A stretch of 64,000 nucleotides of DNA from Eledone cirrhosa (Eukaryota): contig OZ024742.1 in NCBI GenBank assembly GCA_964016885.1, positions 359,600,001-359,664,000 of the forward strand. Direction: 5' to 3'. Both the position numbers and the translations under genes were made by a program. Each line of letters starts with the position of its first letter. Positions within the stretch are counted from its first letter, which is position 1. Positions 60,501 to 64,000 of this stretch are shown piece after piece. The notes below the pieces were generated by a model. It had not been told where the DNA came from. It searched no databases and worked only from the letters and a program-made list of their open reading frames with translations.

Positions 60501-63500
60501 CTAACAGGGGCATATAACCATACACAGAAACACAGACATTGGCTCAGAGGGGCAGATAACCACACACACAAACACAGACATAGGCTCACAGTGGCAGATA
60601 ACCACACACACAAACACAGACATAGGCTCACAGGGGCAGATAACCACACACACAAACACAGACATAGGCTAACAGGGGCAGATAACCACACACACAAACA
60701 CAGACATAGGCTCACAGGGGCAGATAGCCACACACACAAACAGACATAGGCTAACAGGGGCAGATAACAAACATACACAAACACAGACATAGGTTAACAG
60801 GGGCAGATAACCACACACGCATAAACAGACATAGGCTAACAGGGGCAGATAACCACACACATAGACAGACATACGTTAACAGGGCCAGATAACCACACAC
60901 ACAAACACGGATATAGGCTAACAGGGGCAGATAACCACACATAAAAACAGACATAGTCTCACAGGGGCAGATAACCACACACACAAACACGGACATAGGT
61001 TACAGAGGCAGATAACCACACACATGAACACAGACATAGACTAACAGGGGCAGATAACCACACACACAAACACAGACATAGGCTCACAGGGGCAGATAAC
61101 AACACACACAAACACAGACATAGGCTAACAGGGGCAGATAACCACACACACAAACACAGACATAGGCTAACAGGGGCAGATAACCACACACACAAACACA
61201 GACATAGGCTCACAGGGGCAGATAACCGCACACACAAACACAGACATAGGCTAACAGAGGCAGATAACCACACACACAAACACAGACATAGGCTAACAGG
61301 GGCAGATAACCACACACACAAAAACAGACATTGGCTAACAGGGGCAGATAACGACACACGCAAACACAGACATAGGCTATTAGGGGCAGATAACCACACA
61401 CACATACACAGACATAGGCTAACAGAGGCAGATAACCACACACACAAACACAGACATAGACTAACAGGGGCAGATAACCACACACACAAACACAGACATA
61501 GGCTCACAGGGGCAGATAACCACACACACAAACACATACATAGATTCACAGGGGCAGATAACCACACACACAAACACAGACATAGGCTCACAGGGGCAGA
61601 TAACCACACACACAAACACAGACGTAGGCTAACAGGGGCAGATAACCATACACAGAAACACAGACATTGGCTCAGAGGGGCAGATAACCACACACACAAA
61701 CACAGACATAGGCTCACAGTGGCAGATAACGACACACACAAACACAGACATAGGCTCACAGGGGCAGATAACCAAACACACAAACACAGACATAGACTAA
61801 CAGGGGCAGATAACCACACACACAAACACAGACATAGGCTCACAGGGGCAGGTAGCCACACACACAAACAGACATAGGCTAACAGGGGCAGATAACCACA
61901 TACACAAACACAGACATAGGCTAACAGGGGCAGATAACCACACACATAGACAGACATACGTTAACAGGGCCAGATAACCACACTCACAAACACGGATATT
62001 GGCTAACAGGGGCAGATAACCACACATAAAAACAGACATAGGCTAACAGGGGCAGATAACCACACACATAAACAGACATAGGCTAACAGGGGCAGATAAT
62101 CACACACGCAAACACAGACATAGGCTAACAGGGGCAGATAACCACACACGCAAACACAGACATAGACTAACAGGGGCAGATAACCACACACACAAACACA
62201 GACATAGGCTAACAGAGGCAGATAACAACACACATAAAGAGACATACGCTAACAGGGGCAGATGACCACACACACAAACACAGACATAGGTTAATTGGGG
62301 CAGATAATCACACACATAGACAGACATAGGCTAACAGGGGCAGATAACCACACACACAAACACAGACATAGGCTATTAGGGACAGATAACCACACACACA
62401 TACACAGACATAGGCTAACAGAGGCAGATAACCACACACACAAACACAGACATAGGCTCACAGGGGCAGATAACCACACACACAAACACATACATAGACT
62501 CACAGGGGCAGATAACCACACACACAAACACAGACATAGGCTCACAGGGGCAGATAACCACACACACAAACACAGACGTAGGCTAACAGGGGCATATAAC
62601 CATACACAGAAACACAGACATTGGCTCAGAGGGGCAGATAACCACACACACAAACACAGACATAGGCTCACAGTGGCAGATAACCACATACACAAACACA
62701 GACATAGGCTAACAGGGGCAGATAACCACACACGCATAAACAGACATAGGCTAACAGGGGCAGATAACCACACACATAGACAGACATACATTAACAGGGC
62801 CAGATAACCACACACACAAACACGGATATAGGCTAACAGGGGCAGATAACCACACATAAAAACAGACATAGGCTCACAGGGGCAGATAACCACACACACA
62901 AACACGGACATAGGATACAGAGGCAGATAACCACACACACAAACACAGACATAGGCTAACAGGGGCAGATAACCACACACACAAACACGGACATAGGTTA
63001 CAGAGGCAGATAACCAGACACACAAACACGGATATAGGCTAACAGGGGCAGATAACCACACATAAAAACAGACATAGGCTCACAGGGGCAGATAACCACA
63101 CACGCAAACAGACATACGCTAACAGGGGCAGATAACCACACACACAAACACAGACATAGGCTAACAGAGGCAGATAACAACACACATAAAGAGACATACG
63201 CTAACAGGGGCAGATAACCACACACACAAACACAGACATAGGTTAATTGGGGCAGATAATCACACACACATACACAGACATAGTCTAACAGAGGCAGATA
63301 ACCACACACACAAACACAGACATAGGCTCACAGGGGCAGATAACCACACACACAAACACATACATAGACTTACAGGGGCAGATAACCACACACAGAAACA
63401 CAGACATAGGCTCACAGGGGCAGATAACCACACACACAAACACAGACGTAGGCTAACAGGGGCATATAACCATACACAGAAACACAGACATTGGCTCAGA

Positions 63501-64000
63501 GGGGCAGATAACCACACACACAAACACAGACATAGGCTCACAGTGGCAGATAACCACACACACAAACACAGACATAGGCTCACAGGGGCAGATAACCACA
63601 CACACAAACACAGACATAGGCTAACAGGGGCAGATAACCACACACACAAACACAGACATAGGCTCACAGGGGCAGATAGCCACACACACAAACAGACATA
63701 GGCTAACAGGGGCAGATAACCACATACACAAACACAGACATATGTTACAGGGGCAGATAACCACACACGCATAAACAGACATAGGCTAACAGGGGCAGAT
63801 AACCACACACATAGACAGACATACGTTAACAGGGCCAGATAACCACACACACAAACACGGATATAGGCTAACAGGGGCAGATAACCACACATAAAAACAG
63901 ACATAGGCTCACAGGGGCAGATAACCACACACACAAACACGGACATAGGTTACAGAGGCAGATAACCACACACATGAACACAGACATAGACTAACAGGGG
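24560..64000. repeat. 42-bp satellite array (~39.4 kb, roughly 940 monomers) with higher-order repeats; continues off the right edge
   Basis: Consensus ACACACACAAACACAGACATAGGCTAACAGGGGCAGATAACC (variant GCTCACAG; 40-, 41- and 44-bp length variants); a single orientation with no insertion seen. Confidence 0.98.

Noticed and set aside
24386-64000. Many long ORFs ([14 protein letters not shown] repeats; [14 protein letters not shown] His-rich repeats up to 556 aa)
   Set aside because: A 42-bp unit is a multiple of 3 with stop-free frames; frequent 40/41/44-bp monomers shift frame freely, so there is no sign of coding constraint.

Overview
Gene-poor, repeat-dominated animal genomic DNA; the SINE/RTE/Penelope content and abundant (TA)n suggest a mollusc, probably a cephalopod (inference only). 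No intact host protein-coding gene is supported. 1-780 is the end of a 65-bp tandem satellite. 0.8-24 kb is a mosaic of mobile elements, most of them embedded in (TA)n/(TATG)n microsatellites: a 5'-truncated RTE-clade LINE with one nonsense codon, a non-autonomous Helitron with a decayed 23-aa-repeat ORF, a 5'-truncated Penelope-like element (RT + GIY-YIG), four copies of a ~0.6-kb non-autonomous RTE derivative and about eight tRNA-derived SINE copies or fragments. The most notable signal is ten type-I hammerhead-ribozyme (HHR) motifs (some with core substitutions) in five loci. Three of them lie in a seemingly perfect 310-bp tandem repeat (17373-18257) that looks like a young non-LTR retrozyme (self-cleaving, circRNA-forming retroelement). 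A second, unrelated decayed retrozyme-like repeat is at 8771-9290. From ~24.56 kb to the window end is a ~39.4-kb array of a 42-bp, (CA)-related satellite with nested higher-order repeats (1791, 2881, 3831, ~9.1-10 kb). Nearly all ORF-track entries are microsatellite or satellite artefacts. All structures were read by eye, not computed.
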